64,000 nt of DNA from an uncultured Gemmatimonadales bacterium. GTDB taxonomy: Bacteria; Gemmatimonadota; Gemmatimonadetes; Gemmatimonadales; Gemmatimonadaceae. The notes below the pieces were generated by a model. That model was not told the origin of the DNA and did not search any database. It worked only from the letters and a program-made list of their open reading frames with translations. The translations under genes were made by a program, and so were the position numbers. Location of the stretch: assembly GCA_963706505.1 (NCBI GenBank), contig CAVPLX010000003.1, positions 31,569 to 95,568 of the forward strand, in the 5' to 3' direction. Shown here in pieces: positions 30,936 to 42,421 of the stretch (positions are counted from its first letter, which is position 1; each line of letters starts with the position of its first letter).

Positions 30936-33403
30936 ATGCCCCCTAACACAGCCGGCACCCCGGCCACCGCCGACGGTCCCGACACCTTTGAGTTCCTCGC
31001 CGAGGGGTTCTTCCCGACCCACGCGCCCCGGCCCACCGGCGGCGCACCGGCGCCCAAGCTTCAGGCCGCGGTCGGCCAGGCTTGCACCGCCACCGCCGAC
31101 GGCCACCCCGCGGCGCTCCTGGCTCAACCACCCATCGAGCGAGATTGGGCCGCGATTCGAACACCGTCGCATTCCGCGGCCGGGCTCCCCGCAATCGCGA
31201 ACACCTTTCGCGTTGCCCTGCCCCGGCTCGGGCTGCGCGACACGCTCCGCGTGTTCACCACGGTCAACCAGAAGAACGGGTTTGACTGCCAGAGCTGTGC
31301 GTGGCCCGCGCCGGACGGCAAGCGGCACACGTTCGAGTTCTGCGAGAATGGCGCCAAGGCGATGGCCAACGAAGGATCACGCCGCCGCATCGGCGCGGAG
31401 TTCTTCAGGAAGTGGCCCATCGATGCGCTCGCCGCACAGCCGGACTGGTGGCTCAACCAGCAAGGGCGTCTCACGCAGCCCATGGTCCGCCGCGAAGGCG
31501 CGCGTATTACGAGCCGATCGAATGGGATGAGGCGTTCGCGCTGATCGCGCGCGAGCTCACGCGCCTCGAATCGCCGGACCACGCCACGTTCTATACATCG
31601 GGCCGGGCCAGCAATGAGGCGGCTTTTCTCTACCAGCTGTTCGCGCGGCGGTTCGGGACCAACAACCTCCCCGACTGCTCCAACATGTGCCACGAGTCGT
31701 CCGGCACCGCACTCGTCGAGAGCCTCGGCATCGGCAAAGGCACGGTCACGCTCGAAGACTTCGAGCAGACTGACCTGATAGTCATCATCGGCCACAACCC
31801 CGGCACGAACCATCCGCGGATGCTCACGTCGCTGGAGCACGCGAAGAAGCACGGCGCAAAGATCATTGCGATCAATCCGCTGCCCGAGCCCGGGCTCATG
31901 CGATTCACGGATCCGAATCCGCAGGAGTACCCGAACCCGGTGAGCTTCGCCGCCCATCTCCTGGGCACCGGTACCGCGCTCGCCGACCTGCACCTTCCCG
32001 TCCGCATCAACGGCGACATTGCGCTCGCCAAGGGCCTCATGAAGGTGATGCTGGCCGAGGAGGCCGAACACGGCGGCGTCATCGATCACGAGTTCATCCG
32101 GGAGTACACCGACGGCTTCGATGCGCTGGTGGCCGATCTCGACTCCACCTCGTGGCAGGCGATCGTCGATGGCTCGCAAATCCCGCGTGAAGACATCGAG
32201 CGCGCCGGACGCGTGATGGCCGGCGCCAAGCGCATGATCTGCTGCTGGGCCATGGGCATGACGCAGCACCGGGACGCCGTCGCCGGCATTCAGATCATGG
32301 TCGACCTCCTGCTGCTCGGCGGACACATCGGACGCCCAGGCGCCGGAACGTGCTGCGTCCGCGGGCATTCGAATGTCCAGGGCGATCGCACCGTCGGAAT
32401 CTGGGAGCGACCGACCGGCCCATTCCTCGATGCCCTCGCCCGCGAGTTTCAGTTCGAGCCGCCGCGCCACGCGGGCAAGGACACGGTCGACACGATCGGC
32501 GCGATGCACGACGGCTCAATCGAGGTCTTCGTGGGACTCGGCGGCAATTTCCTCTCCGCGACACCGGATACCGCCTGCACAGCGGAGGCAATGCGGCGGT
32601 GTGCGCTGACGGCCCAGATCGCGACGACACTCAATCGAGGCCACCTCATCACCGGCAGGCAGGCTCTGCTCCTTCCCTGCCTGGGCCGCTCCGAGCGCGA
32701 TCCCAGCGGTTTCGTGACCGTCGAGGATGCGTTCGGAATCATCAGTTCCTCGCGCGGGAGTCTCCAACCTGCCTCCCCGGACCTGCGGAGTGAATCCGCC
32801 ATTATCGGCGGCATCGCCCACGCCACGCTCGGCTCGGACGAGGGGATCGCCTGGCAGAGTCTCAGCGCCGACTACAGCCGCATCCGGGACCACATCAGCC
32901 GCGTTGTTCCGGGCTTCGAGCGGTACAATGAACGGATCGAAGAGGGGCCGTTCTATCTGCCCAACCCGGCGCGCGACCGCCGATTCGTGACGGCCACCAA
33001 GCGCGCGCGCTTCACCGTGGCCCCGATCTCGGAACACCACCTCGAGCCGGATCAATACCTGATGACGACCATCCGGAGCCACGATCAGTTCAATACCACG
33101 GTCTACGGATTGCACGACCGCTATCGCGGCGTACATGGCGGCCGGCGGGTCCTCTTCATGAACCGGGACGATGCGGCCGAGCGGGGATGGACGGGCGGCA
33201 TTCGCGTTGACATCACCAGTCACTTCGGCGACGAACGCCGCGTGGCCAGATCGTTTCAGGTCGTGCCCTTCCCCATCCCGCGCCGCTGTGTGGCGGCATA
33301 TTTCCCGGAGGCCAACGTGCTGGTCCCCGTCGGCAGCGTGGCCGAGCGAAGCAACACACCCACATCCAAGTCGATTCACGTCTCGCTGGCACCCGCCGCC
33401 TAG
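30936..33403 (+). pseudogene. FdhF/YdeP-family molybdopterin oxidoreductase, one frame change
   Basis: The N-terminus MPPNTAG.. with NQKNGFDCQSCAWP (Fe-S Cys motif) is in ORF 30504..31544 up to ..PMVRREGA. The continuation YYEPIEWDEAFALIA.. NNLPDCSNMCHESSG .. is in ORF 31301..33403. Confidence 0.8.
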
Positions 33404-33425
33404 CCGTCCGGCACATTGGCGCGAG

Positions 33426-35237
33426 TCACCGATACGCCGCCGCCTGGATTCCATAGAGCTCGGCGTACTGTCCGCCTTTGGCCATGAGCGCCTCATGGCT
33501 TCCCGATTGGGTGACCCGCGCCCCATCGAGCACCACGATCATGTCCGCCATCCGCGCGGTGCTGAACCGGTGCGACACGAGCACGGTGACGCGGCCGTTT
33601 CCGGTGGACCGCCCCACAGCGGAGGCCGTTTCGCGGGCCGCCGCCGCGAACCGCTCGAACAACGCGTGCTCGGTCTCCGCGTCGAGCGCCGCCGTCGGTT
33701 CATCGAGCACGAGCACGAGCGGCTGTTCACGCATGAATCCGCGCGCCAACGCTAGTTTCTGCCACTGGCCGAAGCTGAGATCAGCACCCTCGGGCCACGT
33801 CGGACCGAGTTGGGTCTCGAGGCCTGAGCTGGCCCGCTCGACGACGTCGTCCGCTCCGGCGCGTTGGACCGCCGCCGTGACGGCAGGCACATCGTCGAGA
33901 CGAGGAACGTCGCCTAGCCCCACGGTGTGCTGCATCCGGAACTCGAACTTGCAGAAATCCTGGAAGGCACCCGCCAGCCGCTCCCGCCACGCCGCCGCGG
34001 GCATCCGCGACAGTGGCACGCCGTCCACCAGAATCCGACCGCTGGTAGGCTGATACATCCGGCACAGAAGCTTCACGAGCGTGGACTTCCCCGCGCCGTT
34101 CTCGCCGACGATCGCAACGACCGACCCGGGAGAGATGTGCAGATTCACATCGTCGAGCACGAGCCGGCCGGTCCCGGGATACGCGAAGGACACGTGCTCG
34201 AATTGAATCCCGGTGTTGAGGCGCGCGGGCACCGTCGCGTCTTCACCCTGCGCCCTTGACGCGGCATAGTCCTCGAGCCACGCCAGCCGGCGCGAGCCGT
34301 CGAGCCAGATCCCGCGCATGAAGCCGATCTCCCCGACCGTCGCACCGATGTAGGCGGAGAGACGCGACCCCGCCGTCAGCACCAGCACGACATCGCCCAG
34401 TGATGCGCGCAGTGTGACGGACACGAAGGCGACGGCCGCGACGTATGCCGCACCGAAAAGCGCCCACCCGGCCGCGAGCCACAGCGCGCTACGCGTCCGC
34501 GCGGCACCCACCGGCCCGTACCACCGTTCCCACGCCACGCGCCGCTCGGCGAGCAGTCGCGGTCCGATGCCCGTCACCCGCACTTCCTTGCCCGGCGCCG
34601 CCGTCGTGGCGAGGTCGAAGAGATGGCGCGCGAGCCGGTTCGCCGCCGCACCACGCTCTTCGGCGGTCCGCTCGACACCGGGGCGCCACGTCGATGCCAC
34701 TACGGTCGGCAATGCGAAGACCGCCAGGAGCGCGAGTGCTGGATGGATCGCCATGAGAAGCGCGAGTGTCACGCCGAGACGCAGGATCCAGCCACATGTC
34801 GAGAAGATCGACATGTACATGTGGTCGAGGACGAACACCTGGTTGCGGAGCACCGCGAGGCGATCGAGGTACTCGGGCCGTTCATGATGCTCGATCGTCG
34901 CCACCGAGGCCTGGAGCTTCGCCACGTGCGACTCCAGCGCGACCGTCAGCCGGTCCCGGAACCGCCGCTGCACGCGGTCGCTCATCACCCGAAGGAACCA
35001 CGTCGCGACGGCCGACACCCCGAGCCCCATCAGCGATGCCATGACGACGCCGCCCCTCCGCGCAGCCAACGCATCGGCCAGGATCTTGAACCAGAGCGCC
35101 AGCAGCGCGTCCGGAAGCGCCGCGAGCAGTACCAGCCAGAACGAAACGCTCAGCAGCAGCGGCTCGGCCTCATAGCCGCGCTTGAGCGCCCGCCACATGG
35201 CGGGAATCGCCGGCGGCAGGTCGTCAGTCGAGGACAT
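33426..35237 (-). CDS. ABC exporter, fused permease/ATPase (heterodimer partner B)
   Basis: Six-helix TMD followed by Walker A GENGAGKST, signature LSFGQWQKL and Walker B LVLDEPTAALD. It overlaps the upstream partner by 14 nt. Confidence 0.85.
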   Translation of the reverse strand: MSSTDDLPPAIPAMWRALKRGYEAEPLLLSVSFWLVLLAALPDALLALWFKILADALAARRGGVVMASLMGLGVSAVATWFLRVMSDRVQRRFRDRLTVALESHVAKLQASVATIEHHERPEYLDRLAVLRNQVFVLDHMYMSIFSTCGWILRLGVTLALLMAIHPALALLAVFALPTVVASTWRPGVERTAEERGAAANRLARHLFDLATTAAPGKEVRVTGIGPRLLAERRVAWERWYGPVGAARTRSALWLAAGWALFGAAYVAAVAFVSVTLRASLGDVVLVLTAGSRLSAYIGATVGEIGFMRGIWLDGSRRLAWLEDYAASRAQGEDATVPARLNTGIQFEHVSFAYPGTGRLVLDDVNLHISPGSVVAIVGENGAGKSTLVKLLCRMYQPTSGRILVDGVPLSRMPAAAWRERLAGAFQDFCKFEFRMQHTVGLGDVPRLDDVPAVTAAVQRAGADDVVERASSGLETQLGPTWPEGADLSFGQWQKLALARGFMREQPLVLVLDEPTAALDAETEHALFERFAAAARETASAVGRSTGNGRVTVLVSHRFSTARMADMIVVLDGARVTQSGSHEALMAKGGQYAELYGIQAAAYR

Positions 35238-37032
35238 CGAGCGCCGCCTCGGCCGCGTTGTCATCAAACCGCGCCGCTTGCAGGTCGAACATCGTCCGGT
35301 AGCGGCCGCCGGCCGCTATGAGCTCGTCGTGGGTCCCGAGTTCCACGACCGCGCCATTTTCGAGCACGCAGATACGGTCGGCGTGGCGCACGGTGGAAAA
35401 GCGATGGGAGATCAGGATCGTCGTGGCGAGCCGGGTGGCGGACAACACCCGGTCGAAAATCTCGGCCTCGCCCCGCACATCGAGCTGCGCGGTCGGTTCA
35501 TCCAGCAGCACGACGCGGGCGCCCCGCTCCACTGCGCACAGTGCCCGCGCCAATGCGATGCGCTGCCACTGGCCGCCGGACAGGTCGGTGCCGCCGGGAT
35601 AGGCGCGTGACAATATCGTATCCAGTCCGGCCAGCCCGGACGCGCCCGCGGCGGCGAGCGCCGGCAGGATCATCGCATCCGGTGCCCCGCCGGGAGCAAC
35701 GTTGTCGCGAAGCGGCAGCTCGAAGCGGATGAAGTCCTGGAAGACAGCGGTCAGCCCGCTGCGCCACTGATCGATGTCCAGGCTGCGGAGATCCACGCCG
35801 TCGATCTCGATGGATCCTTCCTGCGGGTCGTACAGGCGGCAAAGGAGTTTCGCGATCGTGGTCTTGCCCGCGCCATTGACGCCGACAATCGCGAGCGAGG
35901 AGCCGGCGGGGACGACGAGATCGAATCGCGAGAGAACGGGAGCGGTGGATGAGGGATATGCGAACGTGACCCCCCGGAACCGGATTTCGCGGGCGGGGAG
36001 ACCTGTCGCCGGTCCACTTCCACGGACGAGAGCACCGGTGGGCGCCATCGCGGCTTCGAGGCGCAGCACCGCTCCAACGGGTGCGTCGGCGCCCTGAAGG
36101 GCCCATGAAAGCCCCCCGAAAGCGATCGTGCTGGTCGCGATCGCCGCACTGGCAAATGTGACCAGCCGGCCCAATGTCAGGTGTCCGTCGAGGGCGGCAT
36201 CGCCGAGTGACCAGAAAACGAGGACGTTCGCCGCGATCACGAGCAGGAGGCTCCACAGGACCGGCTGCTCGCGCAGCCGGGTCGCGTGCCATTGCAGATC
36301 TTGCAAGCGTTTGCGTCGCGTACGAAAACGGTCCACGACCCAATCGGCGAGCCCGAACAGCCGAAGCTCCTTGGCGGCTGGCGCATCGACCGCGAGCCGA
36401 TAGGCGTACTCCGCGTGCCGCTGCGCCTCGCGTACCTCGGTCGTATTGCGATCGTGCCAGACGCCGCTCTCGCGCAAGAGCCAATGCGTTCCGAGCCAGG
36501 CGCCAGCCAGCACGAGGGGCGCCCACCAGGCGTACGCGATGAGGACCGCGGCTGCCGCTAGGCCGCCGACCATCATCACGAGGCCGCTCGAGATGAAATC
36601 CATTGCAATGAACAGCGGTGGTCCCGTGATCCCCAGGTCGAAGTCGCGCGCGACCGTGAGATCCTGGCTGAGCGCCGGATTCTCCAGGTGACCCATTCCA
36701 GGAGGCTCGATGCAGGCCCGGGTCAACTGGTCGTACAGCCACGCCGCGGTCCGGCTCCCCAGATTGGTGCCCGTCGCGTAGTGGATCGGCGGAAGCACTT
36801 GCATGAGCACGAACACGACGCCGACGGCCGCGAGCGGCGTGGCCAGCGAGGCGCGCTCCTGCAAGGCGGCAACCAGCCCGCCCATGACGATCGCGAACAC
36901 CGCCGGGAGTACGCCTCGCAACACGAGAAGCAACGACCACGCGGTGGCGAGCGGGCGATCGGCCTTCACGAGTGCACTCGCAAACTTCCACTCATCGCGC
37001 GCGCGAAAGCGCTCCCACCGGCTGCCGATCAT
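35224..37032 (-). CDS. ABC exporter, fused permease/ATPase (heterodimer partner A)
   Basis: 602 aa. Walker A GVNGAGKTT, signature LSGGQWQRI, Walker B VLLDEPTAQLD. Confidence 0.85.
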   Translation of the reverse strand: MIGSRWERFRARDEWKFASALVKADRPLATAWSLLLVLRGVLPAVFAIVMGGLVAALQERASLATPLAAVGVVFVLMQVLPPIHYATGTNLGSRTAAWLYDQLTRACIEPPGMGHLENPALSQDLTVARDFDLGITGPPLFIAMDFISSGLVMMVGGLAAAAVLIAYAWWAPLVLAGAWLGTHWLLRESGVWHDRNTTEVREAQRHAEYAYRLAVDAPAAKELRLFGLADWVVDRFRTRRKRLQDLQWHATRLREQPVLWSLLLVIAANVLVFWSLGDAALDGHLTLGRLVTFASAAIATSTIAFGGLSWALQGADAPVGAVLRLEAAMAPTGALVRGSGPATGLPAREIRFRGVTFAYPSSTAPVLSRFDLVVPAGSSLAIVGVNGAGKTTIAKLLCRLYDPQEGSIEIDGVDLRSLDIDQWRSGLTAVFQDFIRFELPLRDNVAPGGAPDAMILPALAAAGASGLAGLDTILSRAYPGGTDLSGGQWQRIALARALCAVERGARVVLLDEPTAQLDVRGEAEIFDRVLSATRLATTILISHRFSTVRHADRICVLENGAVVELGTHDELIAAGGRYRTMFDLQAARFDDNAAEAALDVLD

Positions 37033-37137
37033 GCGGGTAAACTGTATGGGGGCCTCGGTTCCTCCAAGTGAAGGTCCGCCAACTCATTCCCCTGCCGATC
37101 CCGGCGGTCTCCGCTCGGGCCCTTCCATCCAGAGCAC

Positions 37138-39567
37138 GTGAACAGCATCCGCACCCTCATCAAAGCCCCTGGCTTCACGGTAGCGGCGCTCCTGTCGCTC
37201 ACGATCGGCATCGGAGCCTCTAGCGCCATATTCGGCGTGGCGAATGGGCTCCTGCTCCGCCCACTCCCGTATCCGCACGCCGAGCGGCTCGCGATGCTGT
37301 GGCAGCGGTCGCCTGGCCTCAATGTCCCGCGTGATTGGCTGTCGCTCGGCCAATACCTCGATATCAAGACCGAGAATACGGTCTTCGACCGCGTGGCGGC
37401 CGCGATAGGGGCCAGCTTCAACATGACGGGGAACGGCACGCCGGAGCGTGTCGATGGCGTCCGCATGTCGGCCGCGCTCCTGCCCATGCTCGGCGCGCGC
37501 GCGATGGTGGGCCACCTGTTCACGGCTGAGGACGACGAGCCGGGCCGGCCGCTCGGGGTCGTCCTGACACACGGATTCTGGCAACGGCGCTTCGGGGGCG
37601 ACCCCGGGGCGATCGGCAAGACGCTGACGCTGAACGGCAACAGCGTCCCGATCGTGGGCGTCTTATCGCCGGATTTTGCGTTCGACAAGGACGTGATGCC
37701 AGCGGTCAACGGCGTGCAGCGGATAGACCTCATTCTTCCGCTTCCGATGCCCCCGAGCGCGCGCGCCGACCGCGATGGCGAAGACTACAACATCTTCGCG
37801 TCGCTCAAGGCCGGCGTGTCCCAGGCGTCGGCACAGGCCGAGATGAAGACGATCGCGACACGGATGCAACAGGAGTATCCGGCTTTCTACCCGGCGACCA
37901 GCGGCCTCACGATCAGCGTCGTACCCCTGATTGACCAGGTCGTCGGCGACACGCGCCTGGCGCTGTACGTACTGTTGGGCGCCGTGGCTCTGTTGCTCGC
38001 GATCGCGTGCAGTAACGTCGGCGGCCTCCTCATCTCGCGCTCCGTCGTGCGGGAGAAGGAGCTCGCCATACGGGCGGCGATCGGCGCGGACCGGCGGCAC
38101 CTCATTCGCCAGCTCGCCACCGAGAATCTCACCCTCGCGCTCGCGGCCGGCGTGCTGGGATTCGGGGTCGCGCTCGCGAGCGTCTGGTTCCTGCGCCACG
38201 CCGGCCCCGCCGGCATCCCGCGCCTCGACGCGATCCGCATCGATCTCAGGGTGCTGGCGTTCACGGTCGCGATCTCCGTGTTCAGCACACTCCTGTTCGG
38301 CCTCGCGCCTGCGCTCCGCGCCTCGGAGGTGGACGCGAGGAGCGTCCTCAAGGAAGGCACCCGCGGGTCGACGATCGACCGGTCGCGCACACGGAGTACG
38401 CTGATCACGGCGGAAGTCGCGCTGTCGCTCGTTATGCTCATCGGCGCCGGGCTTCTGGTCCGGAGCTACGCGCGCGTGCTGCGCGCCGGCCCCGGGTTCG
38501 ACCCGCGGAACACGTTGTCGCTCCGGCTGTCGCTGCCCGCGTCGCGATACAACACACCGGAATCGGTGACGAACTTCTACCGGGCGCTGGACCAGAAGCT
38601 GACATCACTCCCCGGCGTCGAATTCGTCGGCAGCAATTACCAGCTCCCGTTGAGCTCCGTGTCCCTCGCGTGGGAAGATGTCAGGATCGAAGGGTACGTG
38701 CCGAGGGGCGCCGGCGGCGACATCATTATCACGAGCAGCGGGTACGTCAGCCCCGATTATTTTCGCGCGATGGGGATGCCGCTCGTCCAGGGGCGGTCTT
38801 TCGATGCACACGACAACCAGCAGTCGCCGCCGGTTGTCATCGTCGACGAGGCGTTGGCGGCGCGATTCTGGCCGGACGGCGCGATCGGCAAACGCTTGCG
38901 CCAACGGGCCGATGGACCATGGCGCACCGTCGTCGGCGTCGTGCGCGACAAGCGCGAGTACCAGGCCGACGTCGCGCCGCCGATCACGGCCTATTTCCCG
39001 GTGGAGCAGTACACGATCGGGAGCCGCTTCGTCGTCGTACGAACGCACACCGCGCTCGCGGATGTGTCGCGGCTCACGAGCGCTGTGATGGGAGAGGTTC
39101 ACGCGCTGGATCAGGAGCTGCCGGCGTATGACGTGAGCACCATGGAGCAGCGGCTCAGCGACTCGTTCGCCCGGCGGCGCCTCTCGATGCTGCTCCTCGC
39201 CACATTCGCGGCCGCCGCCCTCATCCTCGCCGCCGTCGGCGTGTATGGCACGATCGCGTATTGGGTAGGCCAGCGCCGCCGCGAGATCGGCATCAGAATG
39301 GCGCTCGGCGCCGGCCGGGCGAGCATCCTCCGGCTCGTCGCCCACGAGTTCGGCCTTACCGTGGGCGCCGGCGTCGTGGCCGGCCTGGCCGGCGCGTTCG
39401 CGCTGACGCGCCTGATGTCGGGGCTCCTGTACGGCGTGAGCGCGACGGACAGCGTCACGTTTACCGTGATCCCGATTCTCATGGCGGCGATCGCCGCCGC
39501 GGCCGTCTACATACCCACACGAAGTGCGATCCGCGCGGCGCCGAATGACGCACTGCGCGCGGAGTGA
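37138..39567 (+). CDS. ADOP-family duplicated FtsX/MacB-like permease
   Basis: 809 aa. N-terminus ..APGFTVAALLSLTIGIGASSAIFGVANGLLLRPLPYP, and two FtsX-type 4-TM modules separated by large periplasmic domains. Confidence 0.9.
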   Translation: MNSIRTLIKAPGFTVAALLSLTIGIGASSAIFGVANGLLLRPLPYPHAERLAMLWQRSPGLNVPRDWLSLGQYLDIKTENTVFDRVAAAIGASFNMTGNGTPERVDGVRMSAALLPMLGARAMVGHLFTAEDDEPGRPLGVVLTHGFWQRRFGGDPGAIGKTLTLNGNSVPIVGVLSPDFAFDKDVMPAVNGVQRIDLILPLPMPPSARADRDGEDYNIFASLKAGVSQASAQAEMKTIATRMQQEYPAFYPATSGLTISVVPLIDQVVGDTRLALYVLLGAVALLLAIACSNVGGLLISRSVVREKELAIRAAIGADRRHLIRQLATENLTLALAAGVLGFGVALASVWFLRHAGPAGIPRLDAIRIDLRVLAFTVAISVFSTLLFGLAPALRASEVDARSVLKEGTRGSTIDRSRTRSTLITAEVALSLVMLIGAGLLVRSYARVLRAGPGFDPRNTLSLRLSLPASRYNTPESVTNFYRALDQKLTSLPGVEFVGSNYQLPLSSVSLAWEDVRIEGYVPRGAGGDIIITSSGYVSPDYFRAMGMPLVQGRSFDAHDNQQSPPVVIVDEALAARFWPDGAIGKRLRQRADGPWRTVVGVVRDKREYQADVAPPITAYFPVEQYTIGSRFVVVRTHTALADVSRLTSAVMGEVHALDQELPAYDVSTMEQRLSDSFARRRLSMLLLATFAAAALILAAVGVYGTIAYWVGQRRREIGIRMALGAGRASILRLVAHEFGLTVGAGVVAGLAGAFALTRLMSGLLYGVSATDSVTFTVIPILMAAIAAAAVYIPTRSAIRAAPNDALRAE

Positions 39568-39790
39568 TCAGCATGGCGCACCTCCGCGGAGAGATTGATC
39601 GTTGACCCGGCTCCACGACCACCGCCTTGACCCTCGCCCACCCCGTCTCCTCGCCCTGCTATAGTTTGAGTAGCATTGCCCGTCTCCTCGGTCGCTCCGC
39701 GCATAGTGGGTACAGAGTATTGACCTTATGTTCTGCGGAGAGGCCGCGTCCGTACAACAGGTGCCCATCTTAAGCCGATTCGGGAGCTCC

Positions 39791-40252
39791 TTGACGATAT
39801 TCTTCCGATGGCTACGTGCCATTGCCGTGGCTACTGCCATGGCAGGTGTCCCGGCTCACGCACAAACCGCCGCCGACACCGCCCCGCTGGTACAGCTCGA
39901 GCACGACATCGGCGACGCCAATATTCGGCGCGACCGGGCATTCTTTGAGCGCGTCGAGGCCGATGAGTTTCTGTTTACGGGGTCCGACGGGTCGCTCACG
40001 ACGAAGCGCGAAGACGTCGGCAGTCTGGACCAGATCCCAATGGTCACCTTGACCACGTGGGTAGTAGACTCGATGCGCGTGAAACGCTACGGCTCGACAG
40101 CCATCGTATGGGGGCTGATCACGACGGGCGGACGCCGAAGAGACGACACCGCGTTTTCGCACCGCTCACGGTTCACCGACGTGTTCGTGTTTCGCGATGA
40201 ACGCTGGCAACTTGTGGCCGGCCATTCATCGGGGGTGGCAAACTCGCACTAG
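39791..40252 (+). CDS. secreted NTF2-fold protein (DUF4440/SnoaL-like)
   Basis: A TTG start at 39791 gives a 25-aa signal peptide (..AVATAMAGVPAHAQ). The body ends ..FVFRDERWQLVAGHSS, typical of DUF4440. The ATG at 39728 is an alternative start. Confidence 0.6.
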   Translation: MTIFFRWLRAIAVATAMAGVPAHAQTAADTAPLVQLEHDIGDANIRRDRAFFERVEADEFLFTGSDGSLTTKREDVGSLDQIPMVTLTTWVVDSMRVKRYGSTAIVWGLITTGGRRRDDTAFSHRSRFTDVFVFRDERWQLVAGHSSGVANSH

Positions 40253-40402
40253 GTGAGCAGTGGAGAACTCGCCCGAATAGTCCTGAGACACGCACGGGCC
40301 GGCACCGCCGACAACGCATCGCTCCCTAGGCATCAGGTCGCCGCGTCCCGCGCCGTGCCTCCTATTGTGCCACTTGCACGGGGCGGCACCGGTCCACGAT
40401 GC

Positions 40403-40432
40403 AAAAACCGCTAATCCCGTTGGATTAGCGGT
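40403..40432 (-). terminator. intrinsic terminator downstream of tRNA-Gly
   Basis: Minus strand ACCGCUAAUCC-AACG-GGAUUAGCGGU followed by UUUUU, 10 nt after the tRNA 3' end. Confidence 0.6.
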
Positions 40433-40441
40433 CTACCCGAG

Positions 40442-40514
40442 AGCGGGAAACGGGACTCGAACCCGCGACCCCAACCTTGGCAAGGTTGTGCTCTACCAAC
40501 TGAGCTATTCCCGC
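40442..40514 (-). tRNA. tRNA-Gly (anticodon GCC), no encoded CCA
   Basis: Reverse complement GCGGGAATAGCTCAGTTGGTAGAGCACAACCTTGCCAAGGTTGGGGTCGCGGGTTCGAGTCCCGTTTCCCGCT. It forms a canonical cloverleaf with anticodon loop UUGCCAA. Confidence 0.9.
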
Positions 40515-40540
40515 ATTGCACTGCTCTACTAACGGGGTAA

Positions 40541-40569
40541 AGTATACCCCGGGCCAACCGGCCCTACAA
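40541..40569 (-). promoter_or_regulatory. sigma70-like promoter for tRNA-Gly (TTGTAG-17 nt-TATACT)
   Basis: -35 at 40564-40569 and -10 at 40541-40546 (minus strand). The -10 ends 26 nt upstream of the mature tRNA 5' end. Confidence 0.5.
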
Positions 40570-40595
40570 GCGCCGCCAACAGCCGAAAACCCTGC

Positions 40596-42421
40596 CTAAC
40601 CGCCGCTTACCGCCCCCACGCCGAGCGCATGCACGGCGTACCACACACTGTACGCGAGAAGACCCGACAACGACGCATCGCCACCGTTCCCGATCGCCGC
40701 GCCAGCCGCATCGAGCGTCTCAGCGGCAACACCGTTGTCCAGCGGCGCCTCCCGCAGCCACTCCAGCGCCGAGGATGCGTCCGGACCCACGAGCCGGGCG
40801 CACCACTGTACCAGCGACAGGGTCTCACGATTCGCCGCCGACGCCTTGACGGTCCGCCGGTACACGCTCTCCTGCCGGTCCAGCGTCTCGTACAGCGGCA
40901 ACCAGAGCACCGATGCAACCGGATCATCGTGCCGGTCCACGCTGCCGCGAAGATCGGCGGCCGCCGCCAGCACGGACTTTCCGTCCGCATCCGTCGTGAA
41001 ATGCCGCAGGATCGCGGCCCGCACCGCACTCGGATCCTGCACTTCCTTCGCCGTCTCGGCGTCCAGCGTCCGCCTGAACACATCGAGGGCCAGCGCCGCG
41101 ACGGCGTTGCCATGTAAGGTGTATGGATACGGAACCGGCGCGCCCGATGGATAGACCTCGCTTCCGTACAGCGGAATCTCCGGGTGCCGCCGCGCCGCGA
41201 GGTCGTCGGCGCTCGCGTAGAGCGTGTCGGCGAGCACCGGCTCCTCCACGATCTGGTCGTCGCCGGTCTCACGGATGTAGCGCTCCGTCGCCCACGCGAA
41301 CGCCGCCACGCCCTCCAGCGAAAAGCCCGGCTCGAACAGGGCCCCGTCCATGTAGTGGATACCACTTCCCGGCGCCGCGCCATGGACCTCGCACGCGCGA
41401 AGGATGAGCTCCCGTGCGAGCCCCGCATCGGCGAGTTGCACCGCGGGTACCGTCCACGTGAGTGCATCCCAGTCACGCACGGTGACTCCGCGGCCATTCC
41501 AGGGCGCGCGCGTGCGGACCAGATAGAACCGCGCATCATCGACGGCCCGGCCCACGGCGTAGAAATACGCGAACAGGAGATTGCGATTCACGACGCGGTC
41601 GAGCGCGGCGTTGCCCGTGGACTGCTCCAGCGACCGCAATGCCTCGACGGTCGACGCGAGCAGGGGCCGCCACCCGCGCCGCCGCATCGCCTGCACGGTC
41701 GCCGCGGCACCGTCCCGCTCTGGCGCCGCCGCGACATAGAACGCGGCCTCGAATGTCGCGCCCGCCGCGACGTCGCCGGCGCACCGGAGCGCGAACTGCG
41801 GAGCCGGGCCATCGGTGTCGCACTCCACGACCGGCACGCCATCGGCACCCACGGCGAGCGCGGCCGGCCCGGCACCGCCGATCCATCCAGCAGCACCGTG
41901 TCGCCCGCCCCCGCCGCCACGCGATGCGCGTCGGCAAACGCGCTCGGCGTCCGCACACGCTGCTGCCGGTGGCCCAGGGTCCCATGCACGGAAAGCTCCA
42001 CCCGTGCCGCTGCACGCGTCTGATTCGCGATGCTGAGCACGTAGATCACGCCCGGCACATCGGCATCGCGGCCTGCCGGCGCGAAAATCGTCCCTCGCAC
42101 CGCGAACATGCCGTCACGCACGGTCGTCGAGAACGACGGCACCCACTCCACACTCTGGTCCCACGCGAGCGGCTCACTGCCCACCGCGAACGGCTCGCCA
42201 TCGATGCGCACCGCGGGACGCAGGAGCGCCGGGCCGCCCCCGGCGATGAACTCCGGGCCGCCAGCAAACTCGATCGCCGCCCGCGCCCCCCGATGCAACA
42301 TGCCAAGGGCGTGGATCGAACCGTCCGCCGGGTGGATACAGGGCACCGCGAGCCAATGATTGCCGGTTAATCGCCACGCCACTGCGGGGATCGGGAGGAC
42401 CGGGCCGGGGTACTGTGTCAC
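40596..42421 (-). pseudogene. conserved hypothetical two-domain protein (beta-rich N-domain + helical, glycoside-hydrolase-like C-domain?), one frame change
   Basis: ORF 41588..42421 (MTQYPGPVLPIPAVAWRL.. to ..GDTVLLDGSA) continues as GPAALAVGADGVPVVECDTDG.. in ORF 40596..41852. No confident family assignment. Confidence 0.55.

Noticed and set aside
31124-32509. 461-aa minus-strand ORF
   Set aside because: It is antisense to the YdeP-like molybdoenzyme and has no recognisable motifs.
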